Source of the DNA: Macrostomum hystrix
Taxonomy: Eukaryota > Animalia > Platyhelminthes
Length of the DNA: 64,000 nt
Direction: 5' to 3'
Assembly: GCA_950097015.1 (NCBI GenBank)
Contig: CATNEN010000033.1
Location: 1,302,001-1,366,000 of the forward strand
Part shown: positions 1 to 12,400 of the stretch, piece by piece
How positions within the stretch are numbered: the stretch's first letter is position 1
Layout of the letters: every line of letters begins with the position of its first letter
Notes under the pieces: model-generated
Databases searched by the model: none
What the model was told of the DNA's origin: nothing
Seen by the model: only the letters and a program-made list of their open reading frames with translations
Position numbers and translations under genes: made by a program

Positions 1-600
1 CTCAAGTGATTGGATCATGCTCGATGTGGAACTCAAGGGATTGGATCATGCTCAATGTGGAACTCAAGGGATTGGATCATGCTCGATGTGGAACTCAAGG
101 GATTGGATCATGCTCAATGTGGAACTCAAGGGATTGGATCATGCTCGATGTGGAACTCAAGGGATTGGATCATGCTCGATGTGAAACTCAAGGGATTGGA
201 TCATGCTCGATATGGAACTCAAGTGATTGGATCATGCTCGATGTGGAACTCAAGTGATTGGATCATGCTCGATGTGGAACTCAAGGGATTGGATCTTGCT
301 CGATGTGGAACTCAAGGGATTGGATCATGCTCGATGTGGAACTCAAGAGATTGGATCATGCTCGATGTGGAACTCAAGGGATTGGATCATGCTCGATGTG
401 GAACTCAAGGGAATGGATCTTGCTCGATGTGGAACTCAAGGGATTGGATCATGCTCGATGTGGAACTCAAGGGATTGGATCATGCTCGATGTGGAACTCA
501 AGGGATTGGATCATGCTCGATGTGGAACTCAAGGGATTGGATCATGCTCGATGTGGAACTCAAGTGATTGGATCATGCTCGATGTGGAACTCAAGGGAAT
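1..600. repeat. 31-bp tandem minisatellite (GGATTGGATCATGCTCGATGTGGAACTCAAG), ~19 copies, runs off the window start
   Basis: Direct 31-nt periodicity; the overlapping ORFs with 31-aa periodicity in all frames are artefacts of the repeat. Confidence 0.97.
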
Positions 601-1412
601 GGAATGAAGTTGAGCCAATACCTTTCACCAATTCTCACGAAGTCGCGTGAATCAGGCATTATACGACCAGACTGAAATCTGACACCAAATTTAAACAAAA
701 ATGAATAAATAAATGGAATTAACAAGTAGGATAAATTCGGACACAAAAACACAATAAGCGGGCTCGGGCAGAATGTGCGTGGACAAGTCGGATAGCGATG
801 CAGCTTTTGGGACCTCGGGTCGGCGGGAATGTCATTGCTAATCAATTAAGAGCGCAACAGAAGTGAATATTTTTTGCCCGGACTAGTTAGCAAGCAAGTG
901 ATTTGGAATAGAACTCTGCTAAGCAACAATGGCAAACTAAAAATGTAAAAAGCACCCACCCAATATTCGGTTGAATCAAGCCTGGAAACAAAAAGTTACT
1001 GAGCCTAATTGGCAGAAATAGTTTAGTTCGGTAAGTCAATATTACAGACTGATTCTGCAACCAGACCAGCTTGTTTTCTTGTTAAAGACATTAAAGTAAA
1101 TTCAATGTGGCTATCCTGGCATTCTATTTAAATAAATTGGAATATATATAGAGAACGGTCAAGGAGCATTAAAAAGTCCACAATCTAAAAATGTAAAGCC
1201 AAGTGTTTAAAGCTAACAGAGAGACGTCAATAGATAAATAAATAACTTTGCAATAAAAACACTGCTGTCAAAACGAGCTAAAGAACTGTGTTTACTCTAA
1301 AAGTCTCAGGATAACTATGAGAATTTGATTTCTGCTGCTTTGAGAAAGAGTCCTAATTTTATTATATATATATATTGTTTTAAGTAAAGGACAGCTTGCC
1401 AGACCCGGAAAT

Positions 1413-1655
1413 TCACCGCGCCTTCTTAGCCTGGACTGGCGGCTGCAGCTGCACTTTCTTTGCCATCTCCTTCTCTCGGCGCTGCTGCTTCAGCTTGCGC
1501 TTGTTCTCGGCAGCCTCGCGCTTGTCCTTGTGGTGCTTGTAGAAGCGATAGGCAAAGAAAAGCATCAGGGCGATGACAATGACAGCTGGCAGGATAAAAA
1601 TGCTGTTGTCAATGCCCTCCTTGATTGGACTCTTGGGATTGTTCAGATCGACCAT
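1413..1655 (-). CDS. Small (80 aa) single-pass membrane protein with a basic, coiled-coil-like C-terminal tail
   Basis: ATG..TGA ORF with one hydrophobic segment (IFILPAVIVIALMLFFAY) followed by a K/R/E-rich tail. GC-rich codons in an AT-rich surround, an AG acceptor at 1673-1674 just upstream of the ATG, and AATAAA downstream on the - strand near 1360. Confidence 0.75.
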   Translation of the reverse strand: MVDLNNPKSPIKEGIDNSIFILPAVIVIALMLFFAYRFYKHHKDKREAAENKRKLKQQRREKEMAKKVQLQPPVQAKKAR

Positions 1656-1721
1656 TGAGGTGCAGTTGAGGCCTAGCTAGTTGCACTGCAAACACGTAAG
1701 AGTCAAAACTATATTTGACAA

Positions 1722-2096
1722 AAAAATAATACTATTTTGCAGGAGGGCTGCGGGCAATGGCACATCATTTGGTGACACTAGACCCTCAGCCAGCGAGGAG
1801 GCAATTCGGCCCATTTCGCTGACTCCTGAGCACTCAGGCACACATATACTTAATACAGGCAAACCCTCACACAGATGTGTACATCTGCCCTGACTTTCTC
1901 ATCGTCAGGCAGTGTATACTTCACTGTGCGTTGGAGGTTGGCCCTCAAGGGCATAAATTGCACGACAAGCTCCCAAGCCTTCTCTCCGCAGCTGCGCCCC
2001 AAATAAATGGTCGTCATAGGGACCATAGGGATCGAACTTAGGTACTGCGGTGCGAGAGGCAAACTCATTAAGCGCTCTGCCACAGACCCTCTATAT
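1722..2096 (-). mobile_element. tRNA-derived SINE, family A (full length)
   Basis: On the - strand: A-box-like TGGCAGAGCG, B-box-like TTCGATCC, a body shared with copies at 12565, 17810, 18995 and 59155, and a TAT-rich tail. Candidate TSD TATTTGACAA at 1712-1721 and 2097-2106. Confidence 0.85.
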
Positions 2097-2122
2097 TATT
2101 TGACAATACTGCCTAGATGGTA

Positions 2123-2123
<1 letters not shown>

Positions 2124-2160
<37 letters not shown>
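2124..2160. repeat. (CA)18 microsatellite
   Basis: Seen directly. Confidence 0.98.
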
Positions 2161-2161
<1 letters not shown>

Positions 2162-2488
2162 ATTCATGAACAAACACAATTTTGCACACAAAATGTAGTA
2201 TTTTGTAATGCATGTAATTGTAAGCCATGCAACTGTAATCTATGGGAATGATATATATTTAGGTATATATATTTGTGTTCTTTTAAGAAAAAAACAAACA
2301 TCCAATGGTCTAAGCTTCTAAAATCAACTTTAAGTTCAAGTTCATGTTGTAATCATAGGAAATCAAATATAGCATACTGCCAAAAGGCTTGGCAGGATTA
2401 TAACTTGCATCACATGAATCTTTCCAGAGATACAGATATGATTTTGATATAATACCAGATAACCATAGACAACTCAGTTGTTAGGCCT

Positions 2489-4911
2489 TGTAGTGGTCTG
2501 CCTCGCGCACTCACACTCTCCACCCACGCGCCCCTTACATTTGCATATTTGATACACGGGCATCAAAGACAAGAAGCAGGCTGCGGCAGTTGCTTCTCTA
2601 CACAGCTGGCGAGGACCTGCAGACTGTCGCCACCGGCCTGACTGAGGCAGATGGCAAAGACGCGGACACCCCTCGTCAAGGCCTTGGACGAGCGAGCACT
2701 TCACCAGCAAGCTGAACCTGCCCTTCACGCAGTATCAGTTCAGGCTCTGCACACAGCGGTCCGGAGAACCCCTGGACGAGTGGCTCCGGCGATTATGAGA
2801 GGCAGCAGACTGCTGTGGCTTTAAAGGCCTTCGCGATTCCCCTGATTTGCGACCAGGCTCATCGCTGGCTGCGGCTCAGAGCAGCTCCGTCGAAAGCTAC
2901 TGGCTATGGACAATGTAGGCCTGAAGCAGGCGCTTCGCGTGGCCAAAGCCATTGAGGCGGAGGAAGCCCAGGCGACCCTTATGGAGGCCAATGGAGCAGC
3001 AGTACAGCATCCTCTGCCGCCATGAGACACGTCTGTCGGCTTCATCAGGACATTGCCCAGCCGGGCAGACGCAGGGGCAGTCCAAGCCAGACGGGAGGCC
3101 CCTCAAGTGCATCCGATGCGGAGCCGCTGGTCACCGCGCATGGAACCCACCCCAGCTGCAGACCACCTACACAAAGGTGTTCGAGTTCCGCTCGTCCGAG
3201 GCCCTCAGCACCCTGGGGGCCTGCATCCTACAGGTCTCAGTCAACCAGTCCAGCAAGATGGTCCGCTTCATTGTTGTGCCAGGCAAAGGCACCAACATCC
3301 TCAGACGGGAGGCTTTCATATCGCTCCGCCTCTTGAGCCTGGGCCCGCAAGTCCAAGCTATTGCGACCAGTGAGGCAGAGAACCCGGCGATCCTGGCGAT
3401 AGCCAAGGGCTTCCCCGAGGTCTTTAAGGGCCTGGGCAAGGTTAAGGACGTCTCGGTGCAAATCAACATTAAGCCAGATGCCAGGCAAGTCTGCCACCCA
3501 CCGTCAAGGGTCCCAGTGCACCTCCAGGAAGCGCTAGATCCCGAGCTGGACGAGCAGGAGCAGCTAGGTATCATTCAGCCTGTTGAGGGCCCGACACCTT
3601 GGGTCAGCTGCATTGTCGTTGTGCCGAAGGTGGACGGCAAAAGCATTTGCATCACCCAGGACCTGCGAGACGTGAACAAGGCAGCCCTGAGAGAGCGACA
3701 CCAAATCCCAACATTTGAGGAGGCAATCAGCGACATGGTGGGATCAACGATCTTCACCAAGCTCGACATCTTCAAGGCGTTTCACCAGATCGAGATCAGC
3801 GAAGAGAGCCGCAAGTGTTCACAACTTCCCGGGAATGTGGCAGCTCACACGCCTGAGCATGGGATTCGCATTGGCATCGTAGATCCTTCAGCGCGTGATG
3901 CAGACGGTGCTGGCGGGCCTGGCGAGCGTCAAATGGATCCACGATGACATCATCATCCACAGCCAGGACCTGGAGGTTCACAGACGGCATGTCGCTGCCT
4001 GCCTGACCAGACTTCGAGACCACTGTATCACCTTAAACGGCAGCAAGTGCTGCTGGGGCATCACCAGAGCCAAGTTCATGGCCATGACGCTGTCCAAGTT
4101 TGGAATCCAGCCGTCGAGCGAGAAGATCGCCGAGCTGCAGGCCTTTACGGAACCCCAGTTGGTCAAGGAAGTGCGGTCATTCCTAGGCCCGGCCAACCAC
4201 CTAGAGAAGTTCATGCTGCAGCTCGCCAACAAAGCTGAGCCAGCTCCTGGCGGCTCACACGCAATGGCTAGGAGTTTGTCTGGGACAGCGTGAAGTGCAA
4301 CGTACTTCACAAGCAAGGAGTTCCAGGAATTTGTCGACGGCCTCGGTGTCAAGCATCGCAGGGTCACGCCGCTCTACCTGGCAGCGAACGGCGAGGTAGA
4401 GCACTTCAACCACAGTCTCGGCAAGGCCGCCAATGCTGCCGCAGCCGAGGGCAAAGACTGGCGAAGGGCCATCCACGAGTGGCTGCTTGGCTACCGGAAC
4501 TCGGTACACCACAACACGGACCATTCGCCCAACGACCTGATGTTCAACAGAGCCGTCGGCGATGTTCTGCCCTCCGGCCCCACAAAGCAGCGTGTCAGCG
4601 CGGGAGGCAGCTACAGCGACACGACCAGCTCTACAAGCAGGCGATGCGGCACGCTGCGGACAAGCGCCAGGCAGCGGTCCCACATGGCATCAAAGTGGGC
4701 ACACGGGTCCTGCTCAGGAACCGCGGCCAGGTCATTTTTTTTCTCATTTCGGGGGGGGAGAGATGTAGTGGTCTGCCTTGCGCACTCACACTCTCCACTC
4801 ACGCACCCTTACAAATGCTATTTGTGTAACACCTCACCTGCACTCACACTCCGCCCACATGCCCTGACAAATGCTATTGCATAACGCCTCACCCGCACGT
4901 GGCGGCGTACA
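2489..4911 (+). mobile_element. Degenerate, internally deleted Ty3/Gypsy LTR retrotransposon
   Basis: 3' LTR 4764-4911 (TG...CA) is preceded by the polypurine tract GGGGGGGGAGAGA (4751-4763). A truncated 5' LTR copy starts at 2489 with the same TGTAGTGGTCTGCC start. Gag, RT and integrase remnants lie between. Confidence 0.92.
2560..4730 (+). pseudogene. gag-pol remnants of the Gypsy element (frameshifts and stops; most of RNase H and the integrase N-terminus deleted)
   Basis: Gag-like QRSGEPLDEWLRRL...LRRKLLAM and CxxCxxxxH knuckle (CIRCGAAGH). RT motifs PTPWVSCIVVVPK, DLRDVNKA, FTKLD and IHDDIII (YxDD equivalent), then EVRSFLG. Integrase fragment FTSKEFQEF...ANGEVEHFN...WLLGYRNSVH in another frame. 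Confidence 0.9.
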
Positions 4912-5011
4912 ATATATATAGCAGATGCATGGTCCACAGAGGCCTGTGAAGCTTTCTCTTACCACTTAATGACTGCACTACAGGCCTATATACTTTTTCA
5001 TATATCTAACT

Positions 5012-5292
5012 CATACATGCGCAACACCTGGCCGAGCCGGCCGAACCGGCCGGGTGAAACGAGGGCCAAGCAAGGTAAGTCGCAAAAACCAATCGACCAA
5101 GCGCAAAAAAATCAAAGGGGGGACCAAGGGACAAAAAAGGAAGGCGTGAAGAAAAGAAAAAAGGGGAGAGAAAAAGAGAGCAAATGAGAGCAAACTAAGT
5201 CGTAAATAGAGCAATGAAACGAACTAAGTCGCAAATGAGAGCAAAAACTAAGTCGCAAGGCCGGCTAAGATTTGGGAGGTTGCGCATGTATG
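5012..5292. mobile_element. Non-autonomous DNA transposon (MITE), probably P-superfamily
   Basis: TIR CATACATGCGCAAC (5012-5025) / GTTGCGCATGTATG (5279-5292); perfect 8-bp TSD ATCTAACT at 5004-5011 and 5293-5300; internal CTAAGTCGC repeats; no coding capacity. Confidence 0.88.
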
Positions 5293-7434
5293 ATCTAACT
5301 CCTAAAGTGCAATTAAGCTTAGACACATTGGGCCTACTTAGGCAACATGGCAGCATGAATTAAAAAAATTAATACATGAAACAACAGGATTGCCAGTAGC
5401 TATAGCTAACACAACTTACATTATGATTGAAATAAAACATTTTTGAATAATCTACTATGGAGAAACTATTGGACTTTGACAATAATGAATATTGAAGCTA
5501 TTTAATGTTTACATTATTGCACAAACTTGCACAAGAGTAAGCATAGGACTTTTCTTTGTCAGTTGTATTGTTATGTTTTGAGTATACTGATGTGTCATAG
5601 GCCAGTGTACAGAACAGATGTGATATGCCATGAATGTGTGCCAATGTGCACTGGTGTGTGATACAAGGTCAGTGTGCACAAGAATCTTCTGAACAAACTG
5701 CCACATTGACTAGCTAGCCTGGCTACGCTAGCTATCAATAAAAAAACATATTGTTTTGCTTGCTGTAATTAGCTAGATATTAATTTGTTTGTGATTAGTT
5801 TTGTGGGCATATAGGGGCCTATACATTTTATTTGTGATTGTGAATAATGATTTGCATAGATTTATAAAATAGTCCATGAAAAACAAACATGGCAACTCAA
5901 GTGCTAGTAAAGCCTTTTTGCTTTCCTAAAATAAGGAATAGCTAGCTACTAAAATACACTAAGGTTAATATGACTTATGAGCAATTAATACAATAAATAC
6001 ATTGAATAACTTCATATTTCTTTCATATAGCTTTAAATATAATTAGCTTTATCTTTAATATAAAAAATAAAGTCCTAATACTAGGAATACTATATTAGAC
6101 CCAAGCCAAAAAGTTAAGACTTTGACACAATAGCAAATGCATGCAAGCTACAAAGGCCTTTAGTTATGTCTATACATTTCATCATGTCTTTTTTATTCAG
6201 CAACTGAATAGGCCAAGTTCAGCTTCGAATTTTGTTAAATATTTATTGATGTGCTTGTCTTGCGGCCTACATAGATGCACTTGAGTCTTGAGCCCCACAA
6301 TACATCCGTAACATGAAGTTTCGAAACAAGGCTATGTCTACTTCAAAGCTTTACTTTATAATTTTTAGTTTTCGTTTTAACTTATTAAGCAGACAAGATT
6401 TTATGTTTTAGTATATTCGATTTTAAGATTCAAGCACAGAAACACAACAGGACTGTTTTCTCCTTAAATATGTAAAGACGTTCAACACAAAAATCGATTT
6501 AGGGGTACACAAGATTGATTTAATTATGAAATTCATGGAATTCAGGCAATGCTTTAAAAAAGTACAGCAACTTTGCTCCGATAAAACAAAATAAATGTGC
6601 AGCTTATGCTACTGGACTGAAGCGGCACCATTCTATCTATCCTAGCCAAATGAGTACTTTCACGATACATAAAGAAACCTCGAGTAGGTCGTGGAGAATC
6701 TTTTCCGAACGAAATTCCAAAGCTTCTATGCTCGGATTATTTGAATGGCCTAAGTTCTCTACGCCTTCGAATTCAGTGTTGAGGTTGGGGTTGGCGCTGA
6801 TACACAGATATATAAAGAGCGAGAGGGCAACGTTGGGCTGGAGATTCGATTTGGCAACGCGGCGTGGGACCTATTCGACAAGCAGCTTGATCTGACAGTT
6901 TCAAGACGTTGTGCCTGGATTCCATTTGGGAGAGATGACGGTGGAATTTTGATTGGAGTCATAGACTATTTTTTGCGCACAGTTCGTTCAAATCGTATAC
7001 GCAGTTATCCTAAAGTTGCTTTTTTATGTCTAAATTCTGGTATCCTTACCCGACTTGCCGTGTTTCGGCAGTGTGTAAACGTGACACTAGAAAGTATTTT
7101 TTATTATGAATACGCGGACCTGGCCGATATTGAGTTGGTCATGGGCTTCACCTGTTATCACCATGAGATTCGGAGAACCCTTTGCACCAACTTCGCAATT
7201 GGTCTGCAGCCATGACTATGGGTGGAATTGGCCCGCAATCGTGGTAGTTCGGCGAGTCGGAGCATTTTGATGCTTTCTCTTCAAAATCCACGGGGGCATT
7301 GTTGTGTGTGCAGGGTTCTATTCTATTTGTACTACAAGCTCACACAAAATTGTAATTTGAAGAGATTTGTTGATGGTCTGAAGAGACAGAACTTTGTCGG
7401 AGGTGTTTAGGAGGCTGTAGCCTAATTAGGAGGC

Positions 7435-7743
7435 AGAAACAAAGAGGTTGTAGCCTAGTGGTTAGAGCGTCAGACTCACGACTTGAAGGTCGGGGGTTCG
7501 ATTCCCGACTCCACTGGAACAATTTGTGTCCTTTAGCAAGTACACTTAACTCTGCAGTGCTTCAGTTCACCCAGCTGTTAAATGGGTACCAGAATCAGCT
7601 GGGATAATTGAAGGTGGGCCGTGTGGCGTCCCCCCAGTCCATGGACTGAACAGCTGTACGCAGCGCGCAATAGCTGCGGCTGTGCTGTTGGCTGCACATC
7701 TGACCCAATTGGGCCAGGTGTAATCAATTATTATTATTATTAT
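7435..7743 (+). mobile_element. tRNA-derived SINE, family B, with MIR/CORE-like central domain
   Basis: tRNA-like head (TAGCCTAGTGGTTAGAGC...GGTTCGATTCC), then TGTGTCCTTTAGCAAGTACACTTAACTCTGCAGTGCTTCAGTTCACCCAGCTGTTAAATGGG, which matches the recalled CORE consensus. (TAT)n tail; 12-bp TSD TAATTAGGAGGC at 7423-7434 and 7744-7755. Confidence 0.9.
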
Positions 7744-9457
7744 TAATTAGGAGGCTGCGCATTTTGTAGAGCATATCCATTGTTGTAGTATATACTTTGT
7801 AAAGCGTAGATATGATTTGATGTTTCATTATACCATACTTTTCTTAAATCCTATGTTTTTAATATGAATGCTTGTGATTGTTTTGGGAAATTAAATATAA
7901 TAAGTTATAATTGACTTGTCTAGTCTTATCCGCAATTATATCGGTAGTTTGACTGCATGAGAGGTGTTCAGTTGATATATTACTTGATACGCAGGATACT
8001 ACATGTAATATATCGTGACAAATCTCTGCGCGTTTGGGACTAGGAGGCTAGGAATGGTCTCCTATGTGGATTTGTAGGACTTGCAATCCCAATTCAGCGA
8101 GAAAAATATTCAGAGCTAGGGCCTAAATTGTGATTCTTGTAAAAAAGGTCTGTAAATATAAAATTTTCCGCTTTTATATTTTACACAAAAATTCATGGGT
8201 GGGGTTTAGATATAATAGTAGGACATGGAAAAAGTGAAGCTTAATATATGTACTTTTGGTGGATCAATCTCGTTGGTTTCGCTAGGTGAAAGGTTCGTTT
8301 ACCTCAGAAAATATGTTGCATTACTTATCATGACTGTCGTTAGAAAAAGAAATAAGATGAATTTAGCAATTTAAGCTAGATTGTTGCCTCAACGAAATTG
8401 TAAAAACGCCCGTTAACAAAGCTTCTTATCTTGTTTTGTGATCTTATGACCAGTGGTTATTAGTTCGGTGTTAATCAAAGTGCGCCAGGTTACGAAACAC
8501 GATCTCGAAAATGAACAATGTTAAATACTTGAAAAGAGTCCAATCTAGCCACAAGAGGAAACGGGCTGACAGAGCTACTCTAAGAAGCGCATGCATTTAT
8601 ACAGTAAAAGTGCCTATTCGTAATTCTACATGGTCTGTGCTGTTAAAGAATTAAAAAAAGTAGCTCGATCAGAATTCATCCAGCACTCCAAAGGGTGCCA
8701 AATAGTGCTTCTGGTTACAAGGTAATGAAGTGCAAAGAGCTAAAAGCCAGGTGCTGTTTTAAACAACCGACAAAACTATACGAACAAGCGAAAAATAATT
8801 ATTTCAGTTATCCCACATAAATTTAACGCTATCTGCAATGCTGTTGGTAGTTTCTTTATAAAAACTCCTTAAAGTATGTTTTAAAGTCACCATATAGTAA
8901 ATAATATTTAGAGTTGGGTCGCCAGGTGCAGGAGGCCATCACTGTATTTGGACCTCCAATCAAGAAGGGTATTTTCTATAGGCCCCCCAAAAGTTGTATT
9001 AGTAATACGTCCTAATTGTACCATAGACATTCGTGCTTGAGTTCAAAGTCCATCGTTTTTATGATAAATTGAAATTGTTGGATCACGCATCAAGAGTACG
9101 CCTTTGTATGCAAAACGTCAGCAGACATTTTTCTAGTTGATGCTCATATTATGCTGGATGCAGTAAAAAGCTAGCTGAAAAACCAGTTTCTTTACAATAT
9201 TCAGAATTTCTTCACGAGAGGAATGATAAGCCTAGCTCAAGCTGCTATTCTACAAGAGAAATGTACGTTAAGAATAAAAAATTGTCATTATGCTTGTTCA
9301 TTGTAGAATTTTCGTGCTGAACACAAGCGCTGTAGATACCCGAACGGAAACTTTGCGAAATAAAACTTGAACATCGGAGGAGCGTTTCTGAGTCGCCTCA
9401 GAAATACTAAAATCAGCAGTTAGAAGAAGTCCAACACTTTCGTACCACCTTCACGCC

Positions 9458-12400
9458 TCAGCCGGGCTTGCTGGCTCCGCCGAACAGGTTCATCTGAAAC
9501 GACAATTATCCAGGCGTTGAGCACAGGTAAAAACGTTTTATAATTGAATAAATCATCAGTTACGAGTAAATTACCCATTAATTTACGCATTGCGTTTTTT
9601 CAAATTAACAACTGTTGTAAATTCTCGATTTTCTCTAACTAAAAAAGTTGACGTTTTTCTTTATAAGTACATTTATTCGTTAATCGCTAACAAAGCGCAA
9701 GATTTTTATTAAAATCTAGACAGCGAGTGTGAACAAGCCAAATAACAGTACGTGTGAAAATTAGCAGATAATATAGTTTTGTTATTTTTTAATTTTTAAC
9801 TCTAAACGTTTTTAGTATTATTTTAAAGAGCCAGAAAAGTGTGAAACTTTACTAGGCCGAAGAAAGATAATAATATACTGAAAACAATAAACGATTAGGT
9901 TAACCCCAAAAGTCAACGATGAAATTTTGAAATATTCCGAGTTTTTAGATTGGATAGATAATGGAACGATTTTTAACAGTTTTGTGTTGAAACGTACCAC
10001 CGTGTCGCTGAGGGCGTTGAAACTGGAGCGCCTGGCGTTGTTTGGCGCCACTACCCAGTCGGTCCTGTACAGTGAACAGTGAAACGATTCGCTGTCGCTT
10101 TCGAGTTTCAGAGCGATTTCAGAGTTTGGTCATGAACAGTCAAGGCTTCCGACCTGGTGCTGTGTTCTGTACCCCCGGGACTGAGTTTTAATTGGCTGGC
10201 CATCTTGTTTTCATACTCTCCTTGCTCCCCTCAGCTCAATCAGCTTTGTCCTCCCCTCTGCATGATTGGTCTGGGGTTTTGTCAAGCCTCCAACCAAGAA
10301 GGGTATTTTCTATAGGCCCCCCAAAAGTTGGCGCCTATTGGCTCAATTTTACCCCATTCTGCTCGCGAAGCTCACTCTCTCCCAGCTCTTTGGGTTGCTC
10401 GTCTATAGCCTTTTTATTAGTTTATGGTACAAAGCACAGTTATTGCCAGCCGTTAAGGCAATCTCTTAGGCAGACTCTAAGGGTAAGCAGTGTCCGTACA
10501 TTGTCTGGCTACCCGACCCAACAACGCTTGCAGAGGAAGTAAAACAGTGCGTCACCGTACTTTGGGCTGGGGTACCAAACAAGCTCGAACCAATCATATT
10601 CATCATACTTCCTCCATGAGTGAAACCCCTGAGACATACCGTAGCCGTGCTCTGTGTGGACGGCCGACGACTGCCAGGCTTGGAACCGTTTGGTGTAACA
10701 AACGGAATTTCCACGTTGGGCCCGACGGCTGTGATCCCTCCGCCGCTGCCGGCGCCCATCTGATTCGTCAGGCTGTGCCGTCGCTGCTGCACCGAGGGTA
10801 TCGACAGCGTGAAACTTCGGTTCGCCTCATCCTGTAAGAACAATAGTTTTTCGGTATTTAAATCGCAAGCCTCTACAGGCCTGGATCAGAAAGCAGAAAG
10901 GAAGGTTTTTAAACTCGAATAACACAACGCTCAGTGAATGATTTGGCTCGTTGCAGTAACAAATTTAGTTTAACTGCACGCTCCCATGTAGTGGAGCACA
11001 TTGGCTTTAACCCAAAAGATGCCTATACATCAGATCAATCTACAATGTAACTGTGCATATTTGCTAATTAGCAATGGCCCTGAAAGTCTTTCAAGTAAAA
11101 CTTTGCCCAAAAGGTGATCGTCGTTCGATGATTGACAAAAAAGTTTGACGATGCGAATGAAGGTTACTAGTAATGCTTTGCAAGCTTTTTTAATCTATGT
11201 ACTTAGCCTAAGCGGGATCCTGGCATACAAAAGGCACTGGAAATATAAGTTTGGTCTTCGTATTGTGTTAGTACTCCAAATCGAGTGCGAAACGAGTATT
11301 TGCCTCTGCTTCCATGCATTAAAAAGTTCAATAAACGTCCAACATAAATTTAGAAAAAATGTCAAGAACGGAGGCAAATTCAGAGATTAAACAACGCTGA
11401 AAGCACAGTAAATGGCTCATGGGATTCAGGAACCCCCATAGTGAACGGTACGTACTGCATGAGGTCATGGGTACTTTGACATCGATGGCTCTCGCGATCT
11501 TTAAAAGCAAATATGCCTGCAGAGCGAGAGACAATAAGCAAGATCCCTGGCTGCGAAAAATAGTCCGCACGACTAGGATGCGTGATGACGCAGAGATTAA
11601 CAAAACAATGAACCTGACACAATGACGGACACACTGGATGGCGGTTGGGTTGTACAACTCGAATAATTAGACACTGGGTACAGGACACGGATAACGCGAG
11701 TTAAACTGTTAACCTGTATTATCATAGCTAATAGTCTTCTAAAATTAAGTTTTCTAAACCCAACACTTTGATCTGCTCAATTGGTTTATTTAAATTTCGT
11801 TTAATTTAAATAATTCTGATCTGAGACAAGCTGAATGACAGCAGTCCCTGAAAGAACATTAAGTTGTGGCTAATGCACTTCACTCCCATACAACTAGCAC
11901 AATCCCATGGCCTAAATGCAGTCTGGATTTACAGCTGCGGATGCAGCAGCCATGCTGGATTCAGCGTGCGGAGCGGTCGTGATGATGACGGGCACTGAAA
12001 GCGAGTGCTGAGGTGGCGGCGGCGGCTGCTGCACCGCCATCTGCCTCAACTGGCGGAGACTCTCGGGCAGGTTGGCTCGTATCGCCGTCTTAAGCAGCGA
12101 ATCTCCGCTGCTGGCTGCCGCGGCTACCGGTGAGTTCGGCTGATTTTCAGTTGTTCAGGTGAGATAGTTAGTATGGTGCTTGGGACTTTCTACTCTAACT
12201 GAATGCACTGGTTAGTGAGACAAAATTAACTGTAAAACCTCACGAGGAAATAATATAATGCGATCAATTTCTAAAGGTTTCGATAAACTAAGATTAGTAA
12301 ATTGACTAGCTTAGCTTGTAAGACAAATTCTATCACGTTAGGAGGGCTTCAGGAGGGGACATAGGGGCTGTACTTTGAATAAATAAGCTTAAAAATCTCA

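Noticed and set aside
1-600. Possible CRISPR array (also considered for 27499-28260 and 59908-61505)
   Set aside because: The repeats are head-to-tail with no unique spacers, there are no cas genes, and the context is eukaryotic.
6-650. Four long ORFs with 31-aa periodicity
   Set aside because: These are frame-rotating translations of a 31-bp tandem repeat with no coding signature.
6754-7215. 154-codon open frame on +
   Set aside because: No recognisable motif, start or splice chain; cannot be supported.
7446-7515. tRNA gene (Val-CAC-like)
   Set aside because: No acceptor stem and a mismatched anticodon stem; it continues into a CORE domain, TAT tail and TSD, so it is a SINE head.
8950-10330. 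~42-bp direct repeat (CAAGAAGGGTATTTTCTATAGGCCCCCCAAAAG) at ~8957 and ~10292
   Set aside because: SCYL2 3' exons appear to lie between the two copies and there are no LTR hallmarks; most likely two fragments of a dispersed repeat.
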